64,000 nt of DNA, taken from an uncultured Alphaproteobacteria bacterium (GTDB taxonomy: Bacteria > Pseudomonadota > Alphaproteobacteria > RF32 > CAG-239). The position numbers were made by a program, and so were the translations under genes. Location: positions 42,480-106,479 of the forward strand of contig CAKQPS010000001.1 in assembly GCA_934270475.1 (NCBI GenBank), in the 5' to 3' direction. This document shows, in pieces, positions 47,820 to 58,285 of this stretch (its first letter is position 1; every line of letters begins with the position of its first letter). A model generated the notes under the pieces. That model saw only the letters and a program-made list of their open reading frames with translations, was not told the DNA's origin and made no database searches.

Positions 47820-50800
47820 TTATATTTCCTTTACCAATGAAACGCCGGCAATGGCGCGGATTGACGACAGCAAGTCGCCGTTTGCCAAAGCATAGCCGTT
47901 TTTAAGTTCTATACGAATATCCCAATCGTCATTTTCCGGCTTGATATAAACCTTATTGGTGCCGTAGCGCTCATGCGACAGCACTTCGCGAATCGGACGC
48001 ACGGCTTCAACATTGTTCACAACAATAATCAGCCCTTTTGAGTTTTCCGTTATTTCCTCGTCCAAAGTTTTTATGACATTAAACAGCATGCGCGGAGGCA
48101 TATCTTCTGCCTGCTTTTCTATTTTTACTTTGACGAAAAGCGGCAAACCGCTGTTTATGGCATGTTCAAATTTAGTTATTCCGTCAGAAAATAACAAGCC
48201 TTCGTAAGCTGACGTGGTGTCTGAAAGCTTTACAAAAGCAAACGGCTTGCCGCTTTTGCTGATTTTTTTCTGAAATCCCTGCAAACAGCCGGCAAGGTTA
48301 GCATAAATTGTATCGCCGGTTTTTATACCTTTTATCGCATCAGCGTAAGTAGTGACGCCTAAACGCTCCATACTTTCTTTATAGACATCAAGCGGGTGCG
48401 CCGATAAATAGAAGCCAATGGCTTCTGCCTCAAACTGCAGGCGTTCCAAAGCCGGCCAATCCGGTTTATCCTGTAATTTTACGGTTGAGTTGAGCTCTTC
48501 ACTGCCAAACAGCGAGGTTTGCGAACTGTTTTTAAGCTCTGCCGCAGCGGCAATGTGGCGCATGATATTTTCAATATTGGCAAAAAGCTTGCCGCGGTTG
48601 GTATCTAAGCAGTCAAAAGCACCGGCTTTTATCAGCTGCTCGAGCTGTTTGCGGTTGATTTGCTTTACGTCCACGCGGTGAATAAAGTCGGAAATGCTTT
48701 TAAATTTGCCGTTTTTCTCACGTTCTTCGACAATAGCGTTCATATTTGCCTCGCCCACGCCTTTTAAGCCGGCAAGAGCAAAGCGGATATTATTTCCCTC
48801 AACCTTAAACAAGGCATTAGACATATTGATATCCGGCGACAAAACCTTATAACCCATTTTTTTGAACTCTTCGGTATAGAACAAAACCTTGTCGGTGTTG
48901 GTTATATCAAAGTCCATAATGGCGCACATAAATTCTACCGGATAATGGGCTTTTAAATACGCTGTTTGGTAAGAAATCAGCGAATATGCAGCGGCGTGTG
49001 ATTTGTTAAACCCGTAAGACGCAAACTTTTCCATTTGGTCAAAAATGGTCTTGGCAACTTCGCCGTCTATGCCTTTTTTGATGGCACCGTCGGTAAACAT
49101 TTGGCGCTGATGCGGAATTTCATCGCGCATTTTTTTACCCATAACCTTACGCAGCTTATCGGCACCACCCAAAGTATAGCCTCCCAAAACCTGAGCAATT
49201 TTCATCACCTGCTCTTGGTAAACCATAATTCCGTAGGTTTCGCCCAAAATCGGTTCCAAGTCAGGGTGCAGATATTTAATCTCTTCCCGTCCGTGCTTGC
49301 GGTTGATATAGGTTGGAATATTATCCATCGGTCCCGGGCGGTAAAGAGAAATAACGGCGATTAAATCTTCAAAACGGTCAGGTTTTATTTGTTTCATTAC
49401 ATCGCGCATGCCGGAAGATTCAAATTGGAAAATAGCACTGGTATTGCCTTCCTGCATCAGCTCATAAGTCGGCTTATCGTCCAAAGGAACCGCCGCCATA
49501 TCCAGTTCAATGCCATGGGTCTTCTTTACCCAATCCACCGCGCGCTTGATAACTGTCAGAGTTTTCAGCCCCAAAAAGTCAAACTTAATCAGACCGGTTT
49601 CTTCTACAAACTTCATATCATATTGAGTTACCGGCATTTCGGCACGCGGATCTTTATAAAGCGGCACCAGCTGGTCAAGCGGTCTATCGCCGATAACCAC
49701 ACCGGCGGCATGCATACCGGAGTTGCGGTATAAGCCTTCAAGTTTCATGGCTATATCAAACAGCTTGTTAATCTGCGGATCTTTTACCCGCATTTCTTCC
49801 AGCTCAGGCACTTGGTCTAAAGCTTCCTGCAAGGTTGGGTTTTTACCACCCTGCCCCGGCGGAATCATTTTAGAAATTCTATCCGCTTGGCTATACGGCA
49901 TTTGCAGCACACGCGCCACATCGCGAATTACAGCTTTTGACTGCAATTTACCATAGGTGATAATTTGCGCCACATGGTCGTAACCATATTTTTTTTGCAC
50001 ATATTCAATGGTTTTATGGCGGTTTTCCTGACACAAGTCCACGTCAAAATCCGGCATGTTAACGCGTTCCGGATTCAAAAATCTTTCAAACAGCAAATCT
50101 AAGCGAATCGGATCCAAGTCGGTAATTTTCAGCGACCACGCCACAATGGAACCGGCACCGGAACCACGCCCCGGACCAATCGGCACGCCGTGGGTCTTAG
50201 ACCAGCGGATAAAATCAGACACGATAAGGAAATAACCAGGGAAGCCCATTTTTTTGATAACGCTTAATTCATAATCCAAGCGCTCATAATAATGACGGTC
50301 GATTTCAGCACGTTCTTCCGCGCTCATTCCCTTGTGATAAACTTGAACCTTCATACGTTCATTTAAACCCTTATAGGCTTCTTCGGTAATGAACTCGTCT
50401 TGGGTTTTGCCTTCGGGACAAATAAAAATCGGCAGCAGCGGCTCCATTTTATAGGAAAGATAGTTGCAGCGCTTGGCAATATTAACCGTATTTTCTACAG
50501 CTTCCGGAATATCCTTGAAAAGCTCCAGCATTTCGGTTTCACTGCGCCAGTGATTACCAGGGAGATATTTGCGGCGGTTCTCATTTGCCACATATTCTCC
50601 GGCAGCAATGCAGCAAAGTGCGTCGTGCGCCTCATACATGCTTTCATCAAAAAAGAAAACATCGTTCGTTGCCACCAGTGGGATATTATGCTTATAGGCA
50701 AGCTTTAAAAACACTGATTCGGTTTTCTTTTCTTCCTCATAGCCGACGCGGGAAATTTCCATATAGAGCCGGTCACCGAAAATTTCTTTATATTCAAGCA

Positions 50801-51293
50801 GCTTTTGTTCGGCTTCATCATTGCGGTTTTGCAAAATGAGCCGCCCGATTGGTCCTTCATAGCCGCCGGTAAGACAAATTAAACCCTCATTGAAATCACG
50901 CAGATTCTGCATAGTCAGCTGCGGAGTGTCGCTATGTTCCATATTATCCAAATAATAGCGGCGAAACATTTTCATAATAGATTTATAGCCGGTTTCATCT
51001 TTTACCAGCAAAATAATTCTATCCGGCGGCAGTTCCTTGCCTTTTGACAAAGCTAAGTTTTCCGAATCCTCATTATGCACGCAAAGCTCCGAGCCGAGAA
51101 TCGGCTTAACTCCTTCATCTGAAGCATATTTTGAAAAGCATTTTCCGCCAAACAAATTGCCTCGGTCGGTAATGGCGCAGCAAGGTATGCCCAAATCGTG
51201 CATTTTATGCACCAACTTAGGTACAAGCATAGCGCCAAGCGATAAAGAATAAGCGGTATGAACGCGCAAATGTATAAATTTCGGATCGGTCAT
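47820..51293 (-). CDS. dnaE: DNA polymerase III alpha subunit
   Basis: 1157 aa; N-terminal PHP domain (HLRVHTAYSL) and polymerase core motifs. Confidence 0.9.
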   Translation of the reverse strand: MTDPKFIHLRVHTAYSLSLGAMLVPKLVHKMHDLGIPCCAITDRGNLFGGKCFSKYASDEGVKPILGSELCVHNEDSENLALSKGKELPPDRIILLVKDETGYKSIMKMFRRYYLDNMEHSDTPQLTMQNLRDFNEGLICLTGGYEGPIGRLILQNRNDEAEQKLLEYKEIFGDRLYMEISRVGYEEEKKTESVFLKLAYKHNIPLVATNDVFFFDESMYEAHDALCCIAAGEYVANENRRKYLPGNHWRSETEMLELFKDIPEAVENTVNIAKRCNYLSYKMEPLLPIFICPEGKTQDEFITEEAYKGLNERMKVQVYHKGMSAEERAEIDRHYYERLDYELSVIKKMGFPGYFLIVSDFIRWSKTHGVPIGPGRGSGAGSIVAWSLKITDLDPIRLDLLFERFLNPERVNMPDFDVDLCQENRHKTIEYVQKKYGYDHVAQIITYGKLQSKAVIRDVARVLQMPYSQADRISKMIPPGQGGKNPTLQEALDQVPELEEMRVKDPQINKLFDIAMKLEGLYRNSGMHAAGVVIGDRPLDQLVPLYKDPRAEMPVTQYDMKFVEETGLIKFDFLGLKTLTVIKRAVDWVKKTHGIELDMAAVPLDDKPTYELMQEGNTSAIFQFESSGMRDVMKQIKPDRFEDLIAVISLYRPGPMDNIPTYINRKHGREEIKYLHPDLEPILGETYGIMVYQEQVMKIAQVLGGYTLGGADKLRKVMGKKMRDEIPHQRQMFTDGAIKKGIDGEVAKTIFDQMEKFASYGFNKSHAAAYSLISYQTAYLKAHYPVEFMCAIMDFDITNTDKVLFYTEEFKKMGYKVLSPDINMSNALFKVEGNNIRFALAGLKGVGEANMNAIVEEREKNGKFKSISDFIHRVDVKQINRKQLEQLIKAGAFDCLDTNRGKLFANIENIMRHIAAAAELKNSSQTSLFGSEELNSTVKLQDKPDWPALERLQFEAEAIGFYLSAHPLDVYKESMERLGVTTYADAIKGIKTGDTIYANLAGCLQGFQKKISKSGKPFAFVKLSDTTSAYEGLLFSDGITKFEHAINSGLPLFVKVKIEKQAEDMPPRMLFNVIKTLDEEITENSKGLIIVVNNVEAVRPIREVLSHERYGTNKVYIKPENDDWDIRIELKNGYALANGDLLSSIRAIAGVSLVKEI

Positions 51294-51344
51294 AGCATCG
51301 GAAAGGCGCCCTGTTTTAGAAGGACGCCCCTTATTTACTAAAAG

Positions 51345-51590
51345 CTATTTGTTATCTGAGCTGGCTTTTTGATAGCAACGGCAGTGGCAAATTCCATCGC
51401 GTTCAATATCGCTGCGGCAAAGTTCAGAAATGCAGTATCTTTTTTCATTGTTACCGTCGCATGGGCAGCGCTGCCATTCATTGTCGCCAAACATCATATT
51501 TTTAGCTTTGGCAATTTTTTCAATATTCTGAGTCGGATAGTATCCGGCTTTTTTGCAGTTTTCCAACATTTTTTCTAAAATTGTAGCCAT
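51345..51590 (-). CDS. Small Cys-rich protein resembling the ferredoxin-thioredoxin reductase catalytic subunit (CPC...CHC)
   Basis: 81 aa with QRCPCDG and ICHCRCY motifs, matching the FTR-B signature. Confidence 0.4.
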   Translation of the reverse strand: MATILEKMLENCKKAGYYPTQNIEKIAKAKNMMFGDNEWQRCPCDGNNEKRYCISELCRSDIERDGICHCRCYQKASSDNK

Positions 51591-51600
51591 TTCAATTCTC

Positions 51601-52515
51601 CTATCTTTGTTCTAATATATCTAAAATTGAGCTTAATTCAGCCGGTGTGTTATAGTGCAATGTTATACTACCTTTACCTTTTTTTCCAGCATTTATTTTA
51701 ACTTTCAGCTTTAATTTTTCTTCCAAATCCGCCATAATTTTTTGCAAATCCAAATCCACCGGTTTAGGCTCTTTTGGCGTGATATTGTTTACGGTTATTC
51801 CTTTGGCATTGGCAGCTAAGGTTTCTGCCTCACGCACGCTCAAGCCTTCTTTAACAATTTTGTTTGCCAGCTCAACCGCATTTTCGCAGCCAATCAAAGC
51901 GCGGGCATGACCGGCTGAGAGCTTATTTTCTTTTACCAGCTGTTTAATTTCTTCAGGCAAGCTAAGCAAACGCAAAGTATTGGCTATATAGCTGCGTGAT
52001 TTACCGATAACTTTGCCAATAATTTCCTGCGTATATTCATATTCATTCATTAAGCGGTTCAAGCCTTCAGCTTCTTCAATAGCCGAAAGATTTTCACGCT
52101 GCAGGTTTTCGATTAAAGCAATCTCTAAAGTTTCGCTGTCTGACAAATCTTTTACAATTGCCGGAACTTTATCTAATCCGGCAAGCTGAGCGGCGCGCCA
52201 ACGGCGTTCACCGGCAATAATTTCATATTTATCATTTTTCTTACGAACCAACAGCGGCTGTAAAACACCTTTCTCCTTAATTGATGCGGCTAAAGATTCC
52301 AAAGCATCGCGATCAAATTCCGTACGCGGCTGGAAAGCACACGGTATAATATCAGCGACTTTTATTTCATTTGAATTTTCTTTTTTAAATACAGTGTTTT
52401 CAACCAAGCTTTCAACATCTGCGGTCTCATCATCTAAATTCAGGTTTATTTCTTCATCACCAAGCAGCGCTTCCAAACCGCGACCAAGACCAAATTTTTT
52501 ATTATTAGTGTTCAT
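51601..52515 (-). CDS. parB: Chromosome partitioning protein ParB
   Basis: GERRWRAAQLAG ParB box and HTH; 304 aa. Confidence 0.85.
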   Translation of the reverse strand: MNTNNKKFGLGRGLEALLGDEEINLNLDDETADVESLVENTVFKKENSNEIKVADIIPCAFQPRTEFDRDALESLAASIKEKGVLQPLLVRKKNDKYEIIAGERRWRAAQLAGLDKVPAIVKDLSDSETLEIALIENLQRENLSAIEEAEGLNRLMNEYEYTQEIIGKVIGKSRSYIANTLRLLSLPEEIKQLVKENKLSAGHARALIGCENAVELANKIVKEGLSVREAETLAANAKGITVNNITPKEPKPVDLDLQKIMADLEEKLKLKVKINAGKKGKGSITLHYNTPAELSSILDILEQR

Positions 52516-53283
52516 CTACAACTCCTTTTCTCTTTTTAAAACTTCTTTTGCCAGCTGAATATAGGCTTGCGCACCAGCGCTTTTAAAATCATAAATCAAA
52601 ATCGGCTTGCCATGCGACGGAGCTTCAGCAATTCTCACGCTTCTTGGAATAACCGTTTGATAAACTTTGTCGCCAAAATATTTACGCACATCAGCCTCTA
52701 TCATTTGGCTAAGATTGTTTTGTTTGCTGTACATTGTGAGAATAATACCCTGCAAAGTCAAAGCTGGATTAAAATTACGCTTGATAGCATTGATATTTTT
52801 CATTAAATCCGCTAAGCCTTCCAACGCTAAAAATTCGCATTGCAGCGGAACCATTACCGAATTTGAACTAACCAGCGCGTTAATAGTAATTAAATTCAGC
52901 GACGGCGGGCAGTCAATCAGCACATAATCATATACTGCCTCTAAGCTGCTCAAAGCTTTTTTCAGCACAAACTCGCGCTTTTCAACTTCTACCAATTCAA
53001 TTTCGGCAGCAGCCAAATCCGGTGAGGACGGTATCATATCAAATCTCGGCAAATCGGTATGCAAAATCGCCTCTTTGACATCGCACTTGCCAATCAAAAC
53101 ATCATAGGAAGAATAGTTTTCTTTTTGCTTGGCTATTCCCATAGAAGTTGTAGCATTGCCTTGCGGGTCAAAATCTATGACCAGCACACGGCGCCCGATT
53201 GCCGACAAAGCTGTAGCAATATTGATTGTTGTTGTTGTTTTTCCCACACCGCCTTTGCGGTTTGCAACAGATATTATTTTCAT
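52516..53283 (-). CDS. parA: Chromosome partitioning ATPase ParA
   Basis: Deviant Walker A NRKGGVGKTTT; 255 aa. Confidence 0.85.
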   Translation of the reverse strand: MKIISVANRKGGVGKTTTTINIATALSAIGRRVLVIDFDPQGNATTSMGIAKQKENYSSYDVLIGKCDVKEAILHTDLPRFDMIPSSPDLAAAEIELVEVEKREFVLKKALSSLEAVYDYVLIDCPPSLNLITINALVSSNSVMVPLQCEFLALEGLADLMKNINAIKRNFNPALTLQGIILTMYSKQNNLSQMIEADVRKYFGDKVYQTVIPRSVRIAEAPSHGKPILIYDFKSAGAQAYIQLAKEVLKREKEL

Positions 53284-53927
53284 TTTCTAGTCACCTCTGT
53301 CAAACAAAAAACATAGCCTTCTTTTCCACGTTCAACTTCAAACGGGCGGGCATAAAAGTTTTCAAAAATATCTACGCTCATATTCCACTTTTTATCTGCC
53401 TCTTCCAATTCTGCCATACCGGTATGACCTTTCGGCAAAACATATTCTGTATTTTTAGAACACAAACCAGTTGTGCAAGCTAGAATTTTATCAATTGAAG
53501 CCACAGCGCGGGCAGTAATGTAGTCAACATTTTTAAATACAACGTTTTCAGCTCGATTATTTATAACTTCGACATTTTGCAAATTTAACCGCTGACACAC
53601 GTCTTTTAAATATACCGTCTTTTTAGTTATACTTTCAATTAAAACAACTTTAGCCGCTGGAAATTTCTCTGCCATAGCAATAGCCAAAACAACTCCGGGG
53701 AAACCGGAGCCGCTGCCGACATCAACAAGCAATTTCACATCATCTCGCAGATAATCTATCAGCTGCAGCGAATCTAACACATGGCGCAATTCTAGTTCTT
53801 TTTCAGCATTTTTACTGACTAAATTTATTTTTTGATTCCATTCCAAAAGAATTTGCATAAAATCTTTCAATTTTTGCAATGTTTCACGTGAAACATGATA
53901 ATTTAAAACTTCTTCATCAAAATTCAT
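53280..53927 (-). CDS. rsmG: 16S rRNA m7G527 methyltransferase RsmG (GidB)
   Basis: SAM motif VGSGSGFPGVVLAI; 215 aa; synteny with mnmG. Confidence 0.85.
   Translation of the reverse strand: MNFDEEVLNYHVSRETLQKLKDFMQILLEWNQKINLVSKNAEKELELRHVLDSLQLIDYLRDDVKLLVDVGSGSGFPGVVLAIAMAEKFPAAKVVLIESITKKTVYLKDVCQRLNLQNVEVINNRAENVVFKNVDYITARAVASIDKILACTTGLCSKNTEYVLPKGHTGMAELEEADKKWNMSVDIFENFYARPFEVERGKEGYVFCLTEVTRK
53880..53895. repeat. 16-bp perfect palindrome TGTTTCACGTGAAACA, copy 1 (inside rsmG; extends to the 18-bp ATGTTTCACGTGAAACAT)
   Basis: Exact string match to the copies at 55130 and 57963. Confidence 0.8.
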
Positions 53928-53993
53928 TTTGTACCTCTAAAGACAGAGTATAGATTATTTGCTTTTTATGCAACAAAATATAATGGTTATTAA

Positions 53994-54836
53994 CTAAAAC
54001 TTTAAACGATTTTTTATGCCAAACCGCGATAAACACGCTTCAGCTAAATCAAATCTATCGCCGAGTTCGGAAACAGCGTGTGCATCATCGCTGATAACAA
54101 ACTTTATATTGCGTTCTGCCGCGGCAGCTAAAATTGTTTTACACGGATAAAAGTCTCCGATTTTACGCAAACCTTTGGTGCTTATCTCCATTGGTCTATT
54201 TTGTTTTTGCAAAACATCTAATATCTCAAGTTGTTCAGGCAGATAATTTTCCGGCACATAAATTCCGTCACCAAGCTTACGAGCATAATCAATATGGGCT
54301 AAAAATTTAAATACACCGCTTTCAACAGCTCTTTTAATAGTTTTAAAGTGACGGTATAAAAATTCCTGCTGCATTGAATAGTCAGAATATAGAATCGGCA
54401 AATCATATATATCAAAAAGATTTTCGCATTTTTCATCAAACAGCATATGATTACCAGTGATGACATAATCATAATCTAGTTTACTCAAAAAATCTTTAAA
54501 TTCTTCCAACCAACCGTCATAGGTAAAGAAATCAACCTCGAAGCCGATATATAGTTTTATACTTTCTGTTTTTGAAAGTTTGCGGATTTCCTCACAGTGT
54601 TTTTGAAATTCCGGCAAAGCTGCTTTAAAATCATTTTTAAAAATATGGTCGTTGCCGCGTTTTTTCCATAAGGGACAAGACAAACTTTGCTGCATATTTT
54701 TATGAATACAAAGATGGTCGCTAATTCCGAGTTCACAAAAGCCCAAAGACTTTGCTTTAGTCACCATTTCTTCTAAAGAGTTTTTGCCGTCCGAAAAATT
54801 TGTATGCGTATGATATGAAAAATTTTGCACCATCAT
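53994..54836 (-). CDS. PHP-domain phosphoesterase (histidinol-phosphatase-like)
   Basis: [10 protein letters not shown]-terminal metal-binding motif and C-terminal DDAH; start overlaps the mnmG stop (ATGA). Confidence 0.65.
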   Translation of the reverse strand: MMVQNFSYHTHTNFSDGKNSLEEMVTKAKSLGFCELGISDHLCIHKNMQQSLSCPLWKKRGNDHIFKNDFKAALPEFQKHCEEIRKLSKTESIKLYIGFEVDFFTYDGWLEEFKDFLSKLDYDYVITGNHMLFDEKCENLFDIYDLPILYSDYSMQQEFLYRHFKTIKRAVESGVFKFLAHIDYARKLGDGIYVPENYLPEQLEILDVLQKQNRPMEISTKGLRKIGDFYPCKTILAAAAERNIKFVISDDAHAVSELGDRFDLAEACLSRFGIKNRLKF

Positions 54837-56677
54837 TTTTTTATGTATCCCAATATAGCAGTTACAGCTGCCGGAGTTACACCTTTTATACGAGATGCCT
54901 CACCGATAGTTTTAGGCTTAACTGCACTAAAACGCTGTATCATTTCCGTAGAAAGTCCACCGATTTTAGAGTAGTCTATATCATCGCTGATTTGCAGATT
55001 TTCATCACGTTTAAATACAGCGATATCTTCATATTCACGTTTCAAATAGCCCGAATACTTAGCATTTATTTCAACTTGTTCGAAAATATCGTCTTCTATG
55101 TTACTGCTTTCAGGTGCAATTTTAGATATTGTTTCACGTGAAACATCTTGATAGCCCAGCAGGTCTTTTAAGGTCTTTTTACCATTATGCTTAACCGTAA
55201 TTCCTAAAGATTCAATTTCAGGATAAGAGATAAATTTGCAGGAACAATACTCATCAAACTTTTTGATTTTTTCCTCTTTATTTTTAAATACAGTGTATCT
55301 ATTATTTGAAACACAGCCGATATTATAACCAAGTTCGGTTAAACGCGCATCTGCATTATCTGCCCGCAGCACCAAACGATATTCAGAACGAGATGTAAAC
55401 ATACGGTATGGCTCATCAACACCTTTGGTAATTAAATCATCAACCATAACGCCGATATAACCTTGACTGCGGTCAATTGTAAATTCCTTGCCGCGGTTAA
55501 GAGCGAATAGCGCAGCATTAACGCCAGCAAGCAATCCTTGGGCAGCAGCCTCTTCATATCCAGTTGTGCCGTTAATTTGCCCTGCCAAATAAAGACCTTT
55601 AGACTTTTTAACCGCTAAGCAATGGTCAAGTTCTTGCGGATTTACATAGTCATATTCAATTGCATAGGCGTATCGCAGAATCTCAACATTTTCCAATCCC
55701 TTCATTGTATGAATAAATGCGTCTTGCACATCAGCCGGCAACGATGTAGAAATACCGTTCGGATACACAACATTTGTTTCATACCCCTCAGGTTCCAAAA
55801 ATATTTGATGCGATGTTCTATCGGCAAAACGAACAAGTTTATCTTCAATACTTGGACAATAACGAGGTCCTTTTCCCGTAATCAAACCAGAAAATAATGC
55901 GCACTTAGAAAAATTATCCCTAATTATTTTATGTGTCGCCTCATTTGTATATGTTACTCCGCAATCAATTTGGCGGTTGTGCAGTTCTTTAGTTAAAAAA
56001 GAAAACGGAACCGGATTTTTATCACCGGACTGCTTCTCTAAAATATTCCAATTTATAGTGTCGCCGTTTAAACGTGACGGCGTACCGGTTTTTAAACGTC
56101 CAAGCTGCAAACCGAGAGATTTTAAATACGGTGTTACACCTGTGCAAGAAATATCGCCGACACGACCGCCGATTGAAGTTTGGTGACCGGTAAACATCAC
56201 ACCATTTAAAAATGTGCCAGTAGTTAAAACTACAGCCTTGGCGAAAATTTCGGTTTCATCAGCCAGCTTTACACCGCAGACATTGTTATCTTTTATCAGC
56301 AAGCCTTCAACAGCACCTTCTTTTAATTCCAAATTTGGAGTTTCTTGCAGTGCTTCAAGCATATATTTTTTATATAAACTTCTATCAGCTTGAGCTCGAG
56401 GTCCTCGAACAGCAGGTCCTTTAGATAAATTCAGCATTCTAAATTGAATACCTGCTTTATCAATAACACGCCCCATTAAACCATCCAAAGCATCTACTTC
56501 GCGCACCAAATGCCCTTTTCCCAATCCGCCGATAGCTGGATTGCAAGACATTTCGCCGATTGTTGAAATTTTATGCGTAACAAGCAGCGTTTCAGCACCA
56601 GTTCGAGCTGCAGCAGCACAAGCTTCACAGCCGGCATGACCACCGCCGACAACAATTACATCAAAAGTATTCTTCAT
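54833..56677 (-). CDS. mnmG: tRNA uridine-5-carboxymethylaminomethyl modification enzyme MnmG (GidA)
   Basis: FAD motif [13 protein letters not shown]; start taken at MKNTFDV with AGAGGAAAAAATG RBS. Confidence 0.9.
   Translation of the reverse strand: MKNTFDVIVVGGGHAGCEACAAAARTGAETLLVTHKISTIGEMSCNPAIGGLGKGHLVREVDALDGLMGRVIDKAGIQFRMLNLSKGPAVRGPRAQADRSLYKKYMLEALQETPNLELKEGAVEGLLIKDNNVCGVKLADETEIFAKAVVLTTGTFLNGVMFTGHQTSIGGRVGDISCTGVTPYLKSLGLQLGRLKTGTPSRLNGDTINWNILEKQSGDKNPVPFSFLTKELHNRQIDCGVTYTNEATHKIIRDNFSKCALFSGLITGKGPRYCPSIEDKLVRFADRTSHQIFLEPEGYETNVVYPNGISTSLPADVQDAFIHTMKGLENVEILRYAYAIEYDYVNPQELDHCLAVKKSKGLYLAGQINGTTGYEEAAAQGLLAGVNAALFALNRGKEFTIDRSQGYIGVMVDDLITKGVDEPYRMFTSRSEYRLVLRADNADARLTELGYNIGCVSNNRYTVFKNKEEKIKKFDEYCSCKFISYPEIESLGITVKHNGKKTLKDLLGYQDVSRETISKIAPESSNIEDDIFEQVEINAKYSGYLKREYEDIAVFKRDENLQISDDIDYSKIGGLSTEMIQRFSAVKPKTIGEASRIKGVTPAAVTAILGYIKK
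55130..55145. repeat. 16-bp perfect palindrome TGTTTCACGTGAAACA, copy 2 (inside mnmG)
   Basis: Exact string match. Confidence 0.8.
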
Positions 56678-56801
56678 TTTTTCCTCTAAAATTTTTCTTA
56701 CACTAAAGCACAATTCTATAATAAATGCAAATCAAAATACGCTGCATACATTTAAATACAGCGTATTTTTATACATAAAATTTTAAATACAGCGTGTTTT
56801 G

Positions 56802-58145
56802 TTATTTACCAATACAAAAACTACTGAATATTTTATCAAGAATCTCATCTACTTCGACCTGACCAGTAATTTTTCCTATTGCCCGACAGGCTAAACGAAT
56901 ATCTTCGGCAGACAACTCTATTTCTTTTTGCAAATTAAAACGCTCTAAATTTTCCAAACATTCTAGAAGCGATTCTTTATAACGCTGACGGGTTATCAGC
57001 TGAGCCGAGCTTTTTTCATACATATTTTGGAAGGTTTCATAAATTTTATCAGTAATCGCATTTATGTTTTTATTTTCTTTAGCCGAAATTAAAATACAAC
57101 CTTCAGCCTGCAACTTTTTTTGCTGTTCCGGTGATATTTTATCCATTTTATTAGCAATTAAAGCATACGGCACTTTTACTGTCTTTACATATTCAGCAAA
57201 AATTGCCGAAGCGTCTTTTTCTGCATCAAACATAAACAAACAAAAATCAGCTTCTGCAATTTTATCTTTTGCAAGCTTGATGCCTATTTGCTCAATTTCA
57301 TCATCAGATTCACGCAGTCCGGCTGTGTCAGAAAAAATTACCGGAAAACCTTTTAAGTCAACATAAGCTTCTATGACGTCGCGCGTGGTTCCGGCAATAT
57401 CCGAAACTATTGCGATATTCCTTTTGACAATCGCATTTATAAGGCTTGACTTTCCGGCATTGGTCGGTCCGGCGATAACCACCTTAAACCCCTCGCGCAG
57501 ACGCTCTTCAACATTATTTTGCTGCAAATGCGTTTTAATTTCTTTTGCCACTTTAAATACACCGTTTTCAATTTTTTGCACAGTATCTTGCGGGATATTC
57601 TCATCAGGAAAATCGATATAAGCTTCAATATAAGAAAGGACACCAACCAAACGTGTGCGCCAATCATTATACAAATCAAACAAAGTTCCGCCCATTTGCT
57701 GCAAGGCAACCTTCTGCTGCAAAGCGGTTTCGGCGTCTATCAAATCTGCCAAGCCATCGGCTTCCGTCAAATCCATTTTACCGTTATAAAATGAGCGGCG
57801 GGAAAACTCCCCTGGTTCTGCTAAACGAAAGTTAGGCAAGTTAGAAAGAGCTTCCAAAAAACTGCGGATAACAGCTTTTGAGCCATGACAGTTTATCTCT
57901 ACGGTATCTTCACCGGTAAACGATGCCGGAGTTTTGAAAGCAACAAGCAATGAATTGTCTAATGTTTCACGTGAAACAGGATTATAAAATTTAGTCAAAT
58001 ACATTTTGCGGCTGACAATTTTTGCAGCATCTAAATCCGTCATTTTTGAAATAATCTCAAAAGCGCTTGTTCCGGAAACACGAATCACCGCAACACCGGA
58101 TTTACCAAAAACCGTAGATAAAGCATAAATAGTTTTGTTGTCCAT
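56802..58145 (-). CDS. mnmE: tRNA modification GTPase MnmE (TrmE)
   Basis: G1 GPTNAGKSSL; C-terminal CIGK; 447 aa. Confidence 0.9.
   Translation of the reverse strand: MDNKTIYALSTVFGKSGVAVIRVSGTSAFEIISKMTDLDAAKIVSRKMYLTKFYNPVSRETLDNSLLVAFKTPASFTGEDTVEINCHGSKAVIRSFLEALSNLPNFRLAEPGEFSRRSFYNGKMDLTEADGLADLIDAETALQQKVALQQMGGTLFDLYNDWRTRLVGVLSYIEAYIDFPDENIPQDTVQKIENGVFKVAKEIKTHLQQNNVEERLREGFKVVIAGPTNAGKSSLINAIVKRNIAIVSDIAGTTRDVIEAYVDLKGFPVIFSDTAGLRESDDEIEQIGIKLAKDKIAEADFCLFMFDAEKDASAIFAEYVKTVKVPYALIANKMDKISPEQQKKLQAEGCILISAKENKNINAITDKIYETFQNMYEKSSAQLITRQRYKESLLECLENLERFNLQKEIELSAEDIRLACRAIGKITGQVEVDEILDKIFSSFCIGK
57963..57978. repeat. 16-bp perfect palindrome TGTTTCACGTGAAACA, copy 3 (inside mnmE)
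   Basis: Exact string match. Confidence 0.8.
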
Positions 58146-58285
58146 TTTTGTTTCCTTTACCGCAAATGTAAATTAACCGTCATTTTTTGACCGTACAGAG
58201 CAATTAAGATTCCGCTTGATAGTTTTATCATTTTTTATTAAATACCCATCTCAAAATGCATTTGGCAAAGACAAATTTTTTGGCA

